From Candidatus Zixiibacteriota bacterium (GTDB taxonomy: Bacteria; Zixibacteria; MSB-5A5; WJJR01), in the NCBI GenBank assembly GCA_036170655.1, contig JAVHPP010000100.1, positions 1 through 40,174 of the forward strand: a DNA stretch of 40,174 nt, read 5' to 3'. The stretch's first letter is position 1. Every line of letters begins with the position of its first letter. The notes beneath the pieces are model-generated. The model did no database searches and had not been told where the DNA came from. It was given only the letters and a program-made list of their open reading frames with translations. The position numbers and the translations under genes were made by a program. This document shows, one piece after another, positions 19,261-28,452 of the stretch.

Positions 19261-19398
19261 GGCTTGTTGAAAAACCATCTAATCGTCATTCCTGTGAACG
19301 CGAGAATCCATTTTCTCTTCGCCGCTCCCGGTGGACCCCCACGTTCGCGAGGGTGACATCTTGAGGTGTTGACCGCTCGTGAGGTTTTTCAATACGCC
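19261..19398. mobile_element. MITE-like element with terminal inverted repeats enclosing a degenerate GTCATTCCCGCG-type palindrome pair
   Basis: TIRs GGCTTGTTGAAAAACC / GGTTTTTCAATACGCC match at 14/16. Internal arms at 19285-19310 and 19332-19357 are homologous to the element at 18010-18135. Confidence 0.72.
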
Positions 19399-19409
19399 TC
19401 CCGGCCGGG

Positions 19410-20288
19410 TCACACGGACCGTCTTGTCCACCGCCTCAGCAGCAACAGCAGTTCCTTCCCGGTCGGGTCTTTGAGGGCGGCGAGCAGAAGGTCCACACGG
19501 CGCATGACCTGACGAGCCGACTGCGTCACTGATGCCCGGTTGGTGGTGAGGAATCCGGCGACCATGGCCGGATCAGAAGCGGCCACGCGTGTCAGGGACC
19601 CCCAGGATCGCCCTTTGAAGATGGCTGGCACGTTTCCCTCTCTGGCAAGACCCTCGGCTGCATAAGCAAGCAGGTGGGGCAGGCCGATGGTCGTTCCGAT
19701 CATCTGGTCGTGCTGTCGCGCGGGTATGGGAATCGGCGTCGCGCCAAGCAGGCCGATCAGCTCTCGTATCCAGCGGACACCCCGTCCACGATTTGGGCCA
19801 CAGTAGAAGATGGGTGCGCCGGTGAACAAATCCGCACGGCTCCCCTTCCACCCAGACGTATGCGTACCGGCCAATGGGTGCATGCCCACGAAGTCGAAGT
19901 GAGTCCTGCACCGTTCCGCCGCCATGAGTACCGGGCGTTTAACGGTTCCGGTGTCGGTAACGAGCAGACGGGAGGCTCTGAGACGCTCCCTGGTGAGACG
20001 AGCGATCTTTGGCAGCAGCGTCAGGATTTCCGGAACAGGGACGGCGAGAACAAGCACGTCACTTTGAACAACGATTTCTTCGAGTGACGCTGTGAAGCGG
20101 CCGTAGCGGCGGACCTGCGTACCAAGCCGCGGGTTCCGATCGGTCCCAATGCGTGTGAGATCAGCATGATAACGGCTGAGACACTTGACTAACGAGCCGC
20201 CCATCTGGCCCAAGCCAACGACGCCCAGAGTTTTGCCGGCCAGAAGATGCGGCGTCGTGGCGGACAATCCTGCTCTGTGCCTGTTCAT
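19410..20288 (-). CDS. tyrA: Prephenate/arogenate dehydrogenase
   Basis: GVVGLGQMGGS Rossmann motif, LAVP, TDTGTVK, FVGMHPLAG, HD.....LPH. Start reassigned to ATG 20288 (ATGA overlap with aroH). Confidence 0.9.
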   Translation of the reverse strand: MNRHRAGLSATTPHLLAGKTLGVVGLGQMGGSLVKCLSRYHADLTRIGTDRNPRLGTQVRRYGRFTASLEEIVVQSDVLVLAVPVPEILTLLPKIARLTRERLRASRLLVTDTGTVKRPVLMAAERCRTHFDFVGMHPLAGTHTSGWKGSRADLFTGAPIFYCGPNRGRGVRWIRELIGLLGATPIPIPARQHDQMIGTTIGLPHLLAYAAEGLAREGNVPAIFKGRSWGSLTRVAASDPAMVAGFLTTNRASVTQSARQVMRRVDLLLAALKDPTGKELLLLLRRWTRRSV

Positions 20289-20653
20289 GACGGACGCGCG
20301 AGATCGGGGCGCAAACGGACGGCATTGCGCAGGTAAATGTGGTGGATGTCCGCGTGTGCGCGGTCCGATTCTACATGCATGAGAACGCGGATGACACGCG
20401 GCATCGCGCCTTTGACTTCGATTTCTTGCGCATCGAGCAACGGAATGTCTGTCCATCCCATTTTCCGCGCCGCGGCTGCCGGGAATTGAGCGTTCAGGTC
20501 AACAGTCACTGTGAGGAAGACAGATACAATCTGCGATTTATCCAAACCGTTGTCAGCGATCATTGCCCGGAGCAACTCCTGCGTGGCCTGTTCAATTGCT
20601 TCAGCCGTATTGACGGGAACGTCGATCGCGCCCCGGATGCCCCGGATGCTCAT
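20285..20653 (-). CDS. aroH: Chorismate mutase, AroH class
   Basis: IRGIRGA, DLNAQFPAAAAR, IRVLMH and HIYLRNAVRLRPDL motifs. Confidence 0.95.
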   Translation of the reverse strand: MSIRGIRGAIDVPVNTAEAIEQATQELLRAMIADNGLDKSQIVSVFLTVTVDLNAQFPAAAARKMGWTDIPLLDAQEIEVKGAMPRVIRVLMHVESDRAHADIHHIYLRNAVRLRPDLARPS

Positions 20654-20676
20654 GCGCTGATTTCTCCCTGAGTCCT

Positions 20677-22707
20677 TCAGTCCAGAAACTGCCAGTTGAT
20701 CCCAAAACGCACATCGCGGCCGGTAAAATCATATCCGACATCCGTACGATACTGGAAATTCGCCACATTTTGTATGGAATAGTAGAAAGTGAAATCTTTC
20801 ATCCGGGCCGATCCGGAAAGGTCCCAGCGAAAGACGTGGGGATTCCGGTACCGCGTCGGCAGTGCGCGCCCGTCGCCGTACCACCAGATCAGGGCGCTGT
20901 TGAGGCGTATGTCTATCCCATAACGGAACTGCGGCGCGATCCAGGAAAGAATCACGCTCGCCTTGTGGGGATAGTATCCCGTCAGCTTTGTTCCCGAGAC
21001 GGTCGCTGCATACTTGGCCGCGTAGTTCACCCATGTCTCGAATTTCCAGCGCAGAGGAGTGTGAAGACCCAGGGCAATGCCAGCCGTCCGCGCGTCATCG
21101 GAACGGGGGCGATCATCCGCTTCTGTTGCGGATTGCGAGATATTCTCCCAGCGTGTGTAGTGTTGTGCGTATGTCAACTGACCTTCGGCGGTGAAATCGA
21201 CGGCATTCCTGGCCGTGTCGGAGACCAGCATAATTGTCGCCATATTGCGCCATTCGGCGTGGAGCGACGGATCGCCGGATTCGATGTACTGTCCAGAACC
21301 AAAGAATGTTGTATCAACCGGTCGATAGCGGTCGAAGAGTGTGGGCACAACACGGATGCGTTCCAGCCGGATACCGGGGTGTAACTGGTATCCAGTCCGG
21401 TCAGCGATAATCGCTGCGGATACTTCCGGCGCAAACGGGTCAGTGTCCCAACCGGAGAACTTGGCTTTCAGGGCCATCGTGCCCCATGTCTGCACGGGCG
21501 ACTCTTGTTGCCCTTCCACGCTGGCCTCCCAGCGGGAACGGTCCACAGACTTGATGCGCAGCTGGTCGATTGTACCGGCTGTTTTCAGCAACCATCCGCG
21601 GACGACGCGCTGACCCCACAAAGTCCAGGTGCGGTCGTGGCTTTCCAGGCGGTAACCACCGATCCCCTTGATATCCTGCTTGCCGGATTGGAGGTCCATG
21701 CCGAAGATGGGGTGCGCCGGGTCTGCCGGGGATGTGTACACCAGCGCATCGACGGTATACAGCAGATCATCCCGTCGCGGCTGGATACCGCTATAAATCT
21801 GCGGAGTCAAAATCCACGACCGGTCACGGAATTGGTGGAAGCGCAGACTCCAGAAGAACTTTCCCTTGAGCGGTCCGGCCACCTGCCAGCGAAGATGGCG
21901 GGTGTCCCGATTGTCAAGGATGTAGCGTCCCTCGCTCTTGTAGAATGTGAACCCCAGATCGACGGCCAACGCCAGCGGGAAACGCCGGCGAAACCGTCCC
22001 TCGGAGTAGGTTTCACCGAAATCACCCTGCCGCAGAAAGTAGCTGGAATGCGCATCGAGTGGCCATTCGGCTTCGTGCCATACATCGACCCGATCGCTGA
22101 CCCGGACGTGTTCGTATTCGAATGACGGGAGTGAGGTCGGGTCAAATCGGGCATCTTGAGGGAAGTTCAGACGCTCCCAGGCAAATGGCTCGCCGTCGAC
22201 TGACCAGGTTCCCAGACGGTCAATCAGCCCCCACCGAGTGTAACGCCGGAACTGCCCCGGTCCGGGCGCGTCATCGACATCAAAGCCGGGAGCCAGAAGA
22301 AGCCAGTCGGCCAGGTCCCCGGTCGCCAGATCCGCGAGAGCGGGCAAATCCCAGCGCGGGATGCTCCAGAGTCGTCCGAACTCGCGTTCGGTCGAATCAA
22401 GAATCGCTGTGGGGGGCCAGAACTCCCGGATGACCACGGGAGCGCCGGTATCGCCCACCGTCGTGTCGTGGCGGGCCACTGCCAGAAGGGAATCGAGTAG
22501 GCGTCGCTGTGTATCCACTGAATCGGGAGAAAGCGGGATGAGCGCCTCCTCACGTACGGGCGCACGGCCGTGCGCCCCTGAACTTGTCGAGTGCGTCGTG
22601 TCGGATTTCACCGAATCGCTGCGCAGGGCAACCGAATCCGGAGGGGTTTTCCGGTTATCAGATTGAGGCGCAGCCGCACACCAGGAAATCGTGATCGCTG
22701 AAAGCAT
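20677..22707 (-). CDS. Outer-membrane beta-barrel protein with degenerate plug-like domain (TonB-dependent receptor/putative porin-like)
   Basis: Signal peptide; plug-like DLADWLLLAPGFDV...GQ...VDGEP...DPTSLP...EHVRV; amphipathic beta strands; C-terminal RFGINWQFLD. Start uncertain (about 22707-22725). Confidence 0.7.
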   Translation of the reverse strand: MLSAITISWCAAAPQSDNRKTPPDSVALRSDSVKSDTTHSTSSGAHGRAPVREEALIPLSPDSVDTQRRLLDSLLAVARHDTTVGDTGAPVVIREFWPPTAILDSTEREFGRLWSIPRWDLPALADLATGDLADWLLLAPGFDVDDAPGPGQFRRYTRWGLIDRLGTWSVDGEPFAWERLNFPQDARFDPTSLPSFEYEHVRVSDRVDVWHEAEWPLDAHSSYFLRQGDFGETYSEGRFRRRFPLALAVDLGFTFYKSEGRYILDNRDTRHLRWQVAGPLKGKFFWSLRFHQFRDRSWILTPQIYSGIQPRRDDLLYTVDALVYTSPADPAHPIFGMDLQSGKQDIKGIGGYRLESHDRTWTLWGQRVVRGWLLKTAGTIDQLRIKSVDRSRWEASVEGQQESPVQTWGTMALKAKFSGWDTDPFAPEVSAAIIADRTGYQLHPGIRLERIRVVPTLFDRYRPVDTTFFGSGQYIESGDPSLHAEWRNMATIMLVSDTARNAVDFTAEGQLTYAQHYTRWENISQSATEADDRPRSDDARTAGIALGLHTPLRWKFETWVNYAAKYAATVSGTKLTGYYPHKASVILSWIAPQFRYGIDIRLNSALIWWYGDGRALPTRYRNPHVFRWDLSGSARMKDFTFYYSIQNVANFQYRTDVGYDFTGRDVRFGINWQFLD

Positions 22708-22739
22708 GCAGCCAATCACAAGCAAACGGACAGCAGTTC

Positions 22740-23294
22740 TTACCTGTGCTGAGGAGAATCGAGGTGGACACTGGCAACGGGAATCAGCCATCGCCGGAGA
22801 ATCGGAAAGATCAACGCAAACAGCAATGCATTTGATGCGATGTGGATGGCGGCAAACGGAATTGCTGCGGCCATCACAATCCAGAAAGGACCGATGACCC
22901 ATGCCATTGCCAGATTGGTCAGCAGATCAAAGATCACTGTTACGGAGATGCCAGCGAAAACCAGAATGGTCATTTCGAGCCAGTGCCGCACGTTGAGTCT
23001 AGTGTGTACCCGTCCCAGCAGTCCGCCGGCCGCGCCGGCAATTCCCATTGACAGGATTTGCGCGGCCCAGACAGGGGCAATGGGCATTCCGATCGGGTTG
23101 AAGGTCGCGTAGAATCCCTCAGCCACACAGCCAACAAAGGCGCCCCAGAGGGGACCGAAGGCATAGCCGACGCCAAAGAACGCGAGGGTGAGCGGTTCGA
23201 CATTCGGCAGCGCAATCATCGGATACTTCACAGCAAAAGCGGCGGCCACCAGGCCGCCGCTCACTGCCAATCGCCGGGTTTCAAAGAGCCTCAT
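22740..23294 (-). CDS. ECF transporter S component (CbrT/BtuM-like, substrate unproven)
   Basis: 184 aa with about 6 TM segments and the IALPNVEPLT..GYAFGP..GAFVG pattern of S components. Confidence 0.75.
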   Translation of the reverse strand: MRLFETRRLAVSGGLVAAAFAVKYPMIALPNVEPLTLAFFGVGYAFGPLWGAFVGCVAEGFYATFNPIGMPIAPVWAAQILSMGIAGAAGGLLGRVHTRLNVRHWLEMTILVFAGISVTVIFDLLTNLAMAWVIGPFWIVMAAAIPFAAIHIASNALLFALIFPILRRWLIPVASVHLDSPQHR

Positions 23295-25219
23295 CGGTCG
23301 TTGCGCACCGCGATCTTCACCACTTCTTTCTTGCCGTCAAACTGCACCAATGCCAGATAGATGCCGCTGGCAACCAACTTACCGTCGCTGCTCCGGCCAT
23401 TCCAACGGAGCCGTGCAGGGCGGCTGCCGGGAATCGGGCGCATCTTCCCGCTAACGAGACGGCCATCAGGAGTGAAGATCTTCATGCTGACATCGTCCAG
23501 TGAGGCATGGAGCGGGATGGTCACATCGACGCCGAATAATGAGTCAGCGTCGGCGGGAAGGTGCAGCGGATTCGAATAGATTTTCAGAATCGCCGAGGGA
23601 CCCGGCGGCTGGCTGGATGTGTCGCAAACGGCCAGTACACTCCTTTCAGGGAGAGAATCGTTCGCCACCAGCCGGTACGCGATGTTCCGGTCGAGGACAT
23701 CCTGCGAGACATTGCTCTTGAATGGCGAGACGATGACCAGAATGTCGCCGCAGACTGCCCAGTCCGGCACTGTGACCGTGTGAGACGCGTCGGTCGTGAA
23801 CTCAATGTGTGGTTTTCCGGCGGAGTCGCTGCCACCGGCAATCACAATCATCTCGTTCGGAAATACCGTCGTATTGATTTGCAGGTGAAAGTCGCGACTG
23901 GCTCCAGTTGGCGGTGTGAACATCAGGTAGGAAGCAGCGAGTTCATCGGCATTGAAAGGCGCGCGCAGACTCCGGCTCGAAGAATCTTCCAAGGGATAGC
24001 GGCCATAGCGCGCGATGAGGGTGTCCGGAAGCTGTCCACCATAGTAGGACGGAGGCGGCGCAAATGCCGCTCCCTCCGAGTAGGACCACGGCGCGGCGCG
24101 CTGTCCAGTATAATAGTTCCAGACAAGGAACTCCGCCCAACCGGCTGCAAATGATGTCCCATGTTTACTAAGTGTCGATTCAAAGGCTTCAAAAGTATTG
24201 AAGCGAGGCACGTTCCCGCATTCCTCCCAGATCTCGCGCACGATGTCCTCGCCGTAACGCTCCGAGAGAAAACGACCCCAGATGGCGGACGCGTACGGAT
24301 GCAATTGCTCCGGGAAGGGATCATGTGAGTTGCCAATGACACGCAGAGAAATCCACGGGTACTGGAAGAAATTCGCCAAGTAGGCATAATAGTCGTTCAC
24401 GCGCGTGAAAACCATGTCCTCCATCCACGTGGATGATATCTCGTGGAACCAGGGATAAAACACGCCGCCACGGTACTCGGCCTCGTCCGCATCGTAAGTC
24501 CACTGAATGGCGTGGAAGAACTCGTGCGCGATGGTCACCGCCATGGCATCGAACGGACGAGCACTGTAACCGGGCAACTGAGTGTAGTCGCTGGAAATCT
24601 CGATCCAACTGGTCAGTTGACGCGACGTCTGGCCAATGACCAATGTATCGGGATATGTGATTCCATAAAAGAGAGGCCCCAGATTCGTCATATAGATGTC
24701 GTAACGGGGATCCTCCTGCGGACGGGGCACACGATCGGAGATCGGGTAGCGGTATTTCATGTCGGTAATCTCACGCGTCACCACGGTGTCGAGCAGCGCG
24801 GCGCAGCGGAGGACATAATTCGGAACCCGGCCGGCACCCACACCGAATGTCATGTTGACTGAGTCCGACCCGTACCGGGTGAAATGGATGCGGAACCGTC
24901 CATCAGGCGTATCGTAACGCTCAGCGAGCACGGGACGTTCCAGCGATACAACGCTGGCAATCTTCGCCCGGGTCGGTGCGCTGAGGTTCGGCCAGTTCAT
25001 CCGGATTTCGTAGATCAGGGGTGTGCCACATTTGATGACCTGCTCGAAACCAGGTTCCATACCGGACGCCTGTCCAACACGCCCAAAAGTCGCTGACGCC
25101 CTCTCAATCAGGTTGTTTTCATAGGCCGAATCAGAACCGCGTGACGTGCTCGCAGAAAAGGCGCAGAGAAATGCAACAACTACGGGCAGCAGTCGCGAAA
25201 AGCGTCTTTGTTGTGGCAT
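23291..25219 (-). CDS. Secreted zinc metalloprotease (MXAN_6640-like) with C-terminal FlgD-Ig/CTD-like domain
   Basis: Signal peptide, KCGT, FRIHF, AHEFFHAIQ (HExxH) and WFHEISSTWMED. The C-terminus reads IFTPDGRLV...WNGRSSDGKLVASGIYL. Confidence 0.82.
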   Translation of the reverse strand: MPQQRRFSRLLPVVVAFLCAFSASTSRGSDSAYENNLIERASATFGRVGQASGMEPGFEQVIKCGTPLIYEIRMNWPNLSAPTRAKIASVVSLERPVLAERYDTPDGRFRIHFTRYGSDSVNMTFGVGAGRVPNYVLRCAALLDTVVTREITDMKYRYPISDRVPRPQEDPRYDIYMTNLGPLFYGITYPDTLVIGQTSRQLTSWIEISSDYTQLPGYSARPFDAMAVTIAHEFFHAIQWTYDADEAEYRGGVFYPWFHEISSTWMEDMVFTRVNDYYAYLANFFQYPWISLRVIGNSHDPFPEQLHPYASAIWGRFLSERYGEDIVREIWEECGNVPRFNTFEAFESTLSKHGTSFAAGWAEFLVWNYYTGQRAAPWSYSEGAAFAPPPSYYGGQLPDTLIARYGRYPLEDSSSRSLRAPFNADELAASYLMFTPPTGASRDFHLQINTTVFPNEMIVIAGGSDSAGKPHIEFTTDASHTVTVPDWAVCGDILVIVSPFKSNVSQDVLDRNIAYRLVANDSLPERSVLAVCDTSSQPPGPSAILKIYSNPLHLPADADSLFGVDVTIPLHASLDDVSMKIFTPDGRLVSGKMRPIPGSRPARLRWNGRSSDGKLVASGIYLALVQFDGKKEVVKIAVRNDR

Positions 25220-25273
25220 CAAGTGGGTTCCTATGGTTCAGCGTTTCCTTCTCGAACCGGGCGCCGGCCTTGA

Positions 25274-25300
25274 GGGCAAGGGGCTATAAGCCCCTTGTCC
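25274..25300. repeat. Single REP-like palindrome
   Basis: GGGCAAGGGGCT-ATA-AGCCCCTTGTCC hairpin just downstream of ftcd, with no U-tract. Confidence 0.5.
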
Positions 25301-25316
25301 GCAGTCGGAAACGACG

Positions 25317-26879
25317 TTACGAGTGGGTTGCTCCTGCTGTCGGATCCTCGATCTTGGAATGCACGATCCGCGTGACCTCATCGCTTAAACGGACGGCCGC
25401 GTCTTCGAGTTCCCGCATTTTCGTGAGGGTCTCGTCCGCGTAAGCGGCATCCGAGAAGCCGGCCAGATTGATGCGGACGTTGAGTCCGGCGCCCACGACA
25501 GCGGTACGTGCCATCTGCGCGGCGACACCCGCATCGGAGACCGAGTTTACGTTTCCGTTTTCGGCACAAATTCTGGCGAGATTGAGAACATCGAGGGCGG
25601 TGCCCATCACCGTGAGCGGCACTTCGGCCGCACCCCGTGTGGCCTTGTCCATCGCTTCGCGTCGGATGGCAATCTGCGCTTCGGTTTCCTTGGGCATCTT
25701 ACGCACGGCCATCAGTGCATCAAATGCCTGCGCGTCTTGATCTACCAGCTCGGTGAGGGTACGGCGCAATTCCTCGGCGCGAACGAGAGTCGATTCCATC
25801 CCGGCGGTGACATCGGCATACTTCTTCTTCCCGATCGTCAGACGGCAGACCATGGCACAGAGCGCCGCGGCCAGCGCTCCCGCTGCGGCCGAGACCGATC
25901 CCCCGCCCGGGGCTGGTTCAGACGACGCAACATGATCACTGAAGAGCGCCCAGCCGGAGCGCTCCGTTTGGCGCGCTGTCGCGGCCCGAAGTTTCTCCTC
26001 CAGCACTTGATCGGGCGAAAACCGTTCGAGTCGGAGAAAGTGCTCGGCGACGTCATAGAGCGATTTGGCTGGCGTCAGTCCCACGATTTCCGATGACGTC
26101 ACCCTGGCTCCCCACCGCAACGCTTCGGAGTTGATCATCTCGAAGACACGGAAAATCGGGGTCTTTTGATAGTTGACCAGATTCATCGACACCTGAACAC
26201 AGCCACGGTCTTTGATGTCGAAGCCAAGGGCCTTGACATATCGCAGGCCGCCGTCACCAAAACGGATCGCCTTGGCGATGGCTTTGGCCACTGGCAGGCG
26301 ATTTGTATCGAGGTAGCAGTTGTAGGCCACCAGCGGCATGCGTGCGCCGACCGCCGTGGCGCCGGCCTTGAGATTCATAACCGCTGGACCAAAATCCGGC
26401 CGCCGGTTCGGGTCAGTCTCAATGGTATCGCGAATCACCTCGTATTCTCCCCGCCGCACATCGGCGAGGTTCTCGCGGCCGGGACGCGAGGCGGCGGCCT
26501 CGTAGAGATAGACCGGGATGGCCAATTCCTCGCCGAGACGGCGTCCGAGCTGGCGCGCCATGGCCGCACATTCGGCCAGATCGATCCCGCTAATCGGCAC
26601 AAAGGGGACGACATCGGTTGCGCCCATCCGCGGGTGCTCGCCGTGATGCGTGCGCATGTCGATCAGCTCAGCGGCTTTGCGCACCGCGCGAAACACCGCA
26701 GCCGCCACCGGTTCCGGCTCACCCACCAAGGTCACAACCGAACGGTTGTGGTCGGCATCCATCTCCTTGTCCAGCAAGGTGACCTGATTCCCGTCCAACG
26801 CCGCCGCGACAATGGCATTGACGATCTCCGGACGCCTTCCTTCGGAAAAATTCGGCACGCACTCGACCAAGACTTGCAT
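25317..26879 (-). CDS. ftcd: Glutamate formiminotransferase / formiminotetrahydrofolate cyclodeaminase (bifunctional)
   Basis: LVECVPNFSEGR, DADHNRSVVT, HHGEHPRMGATDVVPFVP and VQVSMNL; cyclodeaminase SSEPAPGGGSVSA and GNVNSVSDAGVA. Confidence 0.96.
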   Translation of the reverse strand: MQVLVECVPNFSEGRRPEIVNAIVAAALDGNQVTLLDKEMDADHNRSVVTLVGEPEPVAAAVFRAVRKAAELIDMRTHHGEHPRMGATDVVPFVPISGIDLAECAAMARQLGRRLGEELAIPVYLYEAAASRPGRENLADVRRGEYEVIRDTIETDPNRRPDFGPAVMNLKAGATAVGARMPLVAYNCYLDTNRLPVAKAIAKAIRFGDGGLRYVKALGFDIKDRGCVQVSMNLVNYQKTPIFRVFEMINSEALRWGARVTSSEIVGLTPAKSLYDVAEHFLRLERFSPDQVLEEKLRAATARQTERSGWALFSDHVASSEPAPGGGSVSAAAGALAAALCAMVCRLTIGKKKYADVTAGMESTLVRAEELRRTLTELVDQDAQAFDALMAVRKMPKETEAQIAIRREAMDKATRGAAEVPLTVMGTALDVLNLARICAENGNVNSVSDAGVAAQMARTAVVGAGLNVRINLAGFSDAAYADETLTKMRELEDAAVRLSDEVTRIVHSKIEDPTAGATHS

Positions 26880-26923
26880 AAAATCCGACTCCTCCCCACG
26901 CTCTCAAGTCAGAGCAATTATTT

Positions 26924-26952
26924 AAGATACGCGAAATCGAGCCCAGCGGCAA
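26924..26952 (-). promoter_or_regulatory. Sigma70-type promoter of ftcd
   Basis: TTGCCG-N17-TATCTT, with a GGAGGAG RBS downstream. Confidence 0.55.
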
Positions 26953-27052
26953 TATGGGATAGACGGGGCTGGTGGGCAGGGGGTCGCAGGGTCACTTTGA
27001 AATTCCTCAAGCAGGGCCGCAGAAAGCCGTATTTATAACAGGGGTGAGAGAA

Positions 27053-27500
27053 ATGGCCCCCAGTTCAATAGATCAGACCTTTACCAGTTCGGGTCCGGTA
27101 ATTCAGATTCAGATTCAAGTACCCATATTGATCGAGCAGACCCTGACAACCGCGAAACAACCTATTCCCACTCCGGTAGCACAGGTTGGGCGCTGCTCGA
27201 CACCGGGGCCAGTATCTGCATGATCGACTAGACCGTAGTTCAGCAATTGAGTCTCACGCCAAAGACGAGAAGAAAGATGGTGGGGGCTACTGGCGCTGCG
27301 GATTGCCCCGCATTCCTCGTGCGCATGTTATTCCCCCGAAATCATTATTGGCCGTACCCCCGGCTTCTTTGATCCTGAAATCGTAACAGCGTCACACACG
27401 CTGAGAGTTGGGGATAACTGCGCTTCTCGGACGTGATTTTCTCCGCCATATGGTCCTGATCTATGACGGAATTCGGGGATCATACACAATCACGTGGTGG
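27053..27500 (+). pseudogene. Retropepsin-like (clan AA) aspartic protease pseudogene
   Basis: Stitched frames give MAPSSIDQ...GPVIQIQIQVP...PIPTPV / TGWALLDTGASICMID*TVVQQLSL...VRMLFP / EIII...TLR / LGITALLGRDFLRHMVLIYDGIRGSYTITW. There is an in-frame TAG at 27229 and about 3 frameshifts. Confidence 0.82.
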
Positions 27501-27504
27501 CCTC

Positions 27505-28452
27505 TCAAATCCGCATTTTAGCTTTGATCGACCATGCCAGCAGCGGCAGCATCAATTCGTGGTGACCGGTGAACGAGAACCCTCGGCCGGAGTGCATCGT
27601 GGGCCTGGAGACCACATTCACATTGGGGCGGTAATGCTGAATCATGTCGAAATTGGCGGTTGTGAACTTCTCGACATGGCGGCGGTTGCGTGCCACGGAG
27701 AGTGCCTTGAGAAAGACCTCCGGCAAGATCACGGCCGAGCCAAAATGCAGCACGACACCGCCATCGTGCAGCCGCGTGCACTGGTCGGCCAGGATACGAA
27801 AATCCAGATGCCCCGCCGCGCCAACCTTGGCCGCATCGTATTCCGGGTGCTGCGCGACGATCTCCGCGCCGATCGCGGGAAAGACGAGCGCCGGTATCCC
27901 CGCTTGCGCCGCTTGAGCCAGAAGAGAATGACGCCTCATGGTCGCACGGTGGCGGATGATGTACTGCCCAACACCCTCACCCAAGCCAAGGTTGTCTGTC
28001 GCCGCCTGATCAACTGCACCGGCAAACCACTGCGCCGTGTCACGGGCCATACCAAATCGGCCATCCCGCAGTCCGGCCGCTACATCTTCGGATGTTCTGC
28101 CCAGAAAGGCAATTTCCAGATCGTGGATGGCCCCGGCGCCATTGAACGCCAATAGATCGACCAACCCATTTTTCATGAGATCGATGACAATCGGCGAGAG
28201 GCCGCACTTCAGCACATGCGCCCCGAGGAACCAAAACACCGGCTTGCGCCGGTGGCGCGTCGATGCGATCGCATCGACGAGATCACGCCAGTCATTCGCC
28301 TTGAGGAAACCGGGCAGCTTCCCCAAGAAGGCGCCGATCCGGTCGTCGCGGGCCGGCGGCCGCGCAAATTTCTTTGCATCTACAAGCGATGTTCGCCGCT
28401 TGGCATCGAGCCGCCGAAGCTGTGTCAGGTCTGCCGCTCTGAATTGTGTCAT
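27505..28452 (-). CDS. Deoxyhypusine synthase-like protein of unknown function
   Basis: GAHVLKCGLSP..IDLM, NGAGAIHDLEIA, G.TSEDV, GSAVILPEVFLKAL and TGHHELMLPLL, consistent with a DHS-like NAD-binding fold family. Confidence 0.7.
   Translation of the reverse strand: MTQFRAADLTQLRRLDAKRRTSLVDAKKFARPPARDDRIGAFLGKLPGFLKANDWRDLVDAIASTRHRRKPVFWFLGAHVLKCGLSPIVIDLMKNGLVDLLAFNGAGAIHDLEIAFLGRTSEDVAAGLRDGRFGMARDTAQWFAGAVDQAATDNLGLGEGVGQYIIRHRATMRRHSLLAQAAQAGIPALVFPAIGAEIVAQHPEYDAAKVGAAGHLDFRILADQCTRLHDGGVVLHFGSAVILPEVFLKALSVARNRRHVEKFTTANFDMIQHYRPNVNVVSRPTMHSGRGFSFTGHHELMLPLLAWSIKAKMRI

Noticed and set aside
22708..22902. N-terminal extensions given by the ORF track (barrel to 22902, tyrA to 20456, purH to 35553, purC to 36512, pilN to 8323, pilM to 9353)
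   Set aside because: Most extensions overlap the upstream gene and none shows family similarity. Downstream starts have an RBS, a stop/start overlap or a signal peptide.
26954..27052. Remnant of a small partner gene upstream of the protease pseudogene
   Set aside because: Only a vague resemblance, with no convincing ORF or motif; the segment also looks like promoter DNA.
27176..27231. Programmed frameshift or amber readthrough (retrovirus-like) expression of the aspartic protease
   Set aside because: At least four separate lesions would all need recoding and no slippery heptamer is evident. Decay is the simpler explanation.
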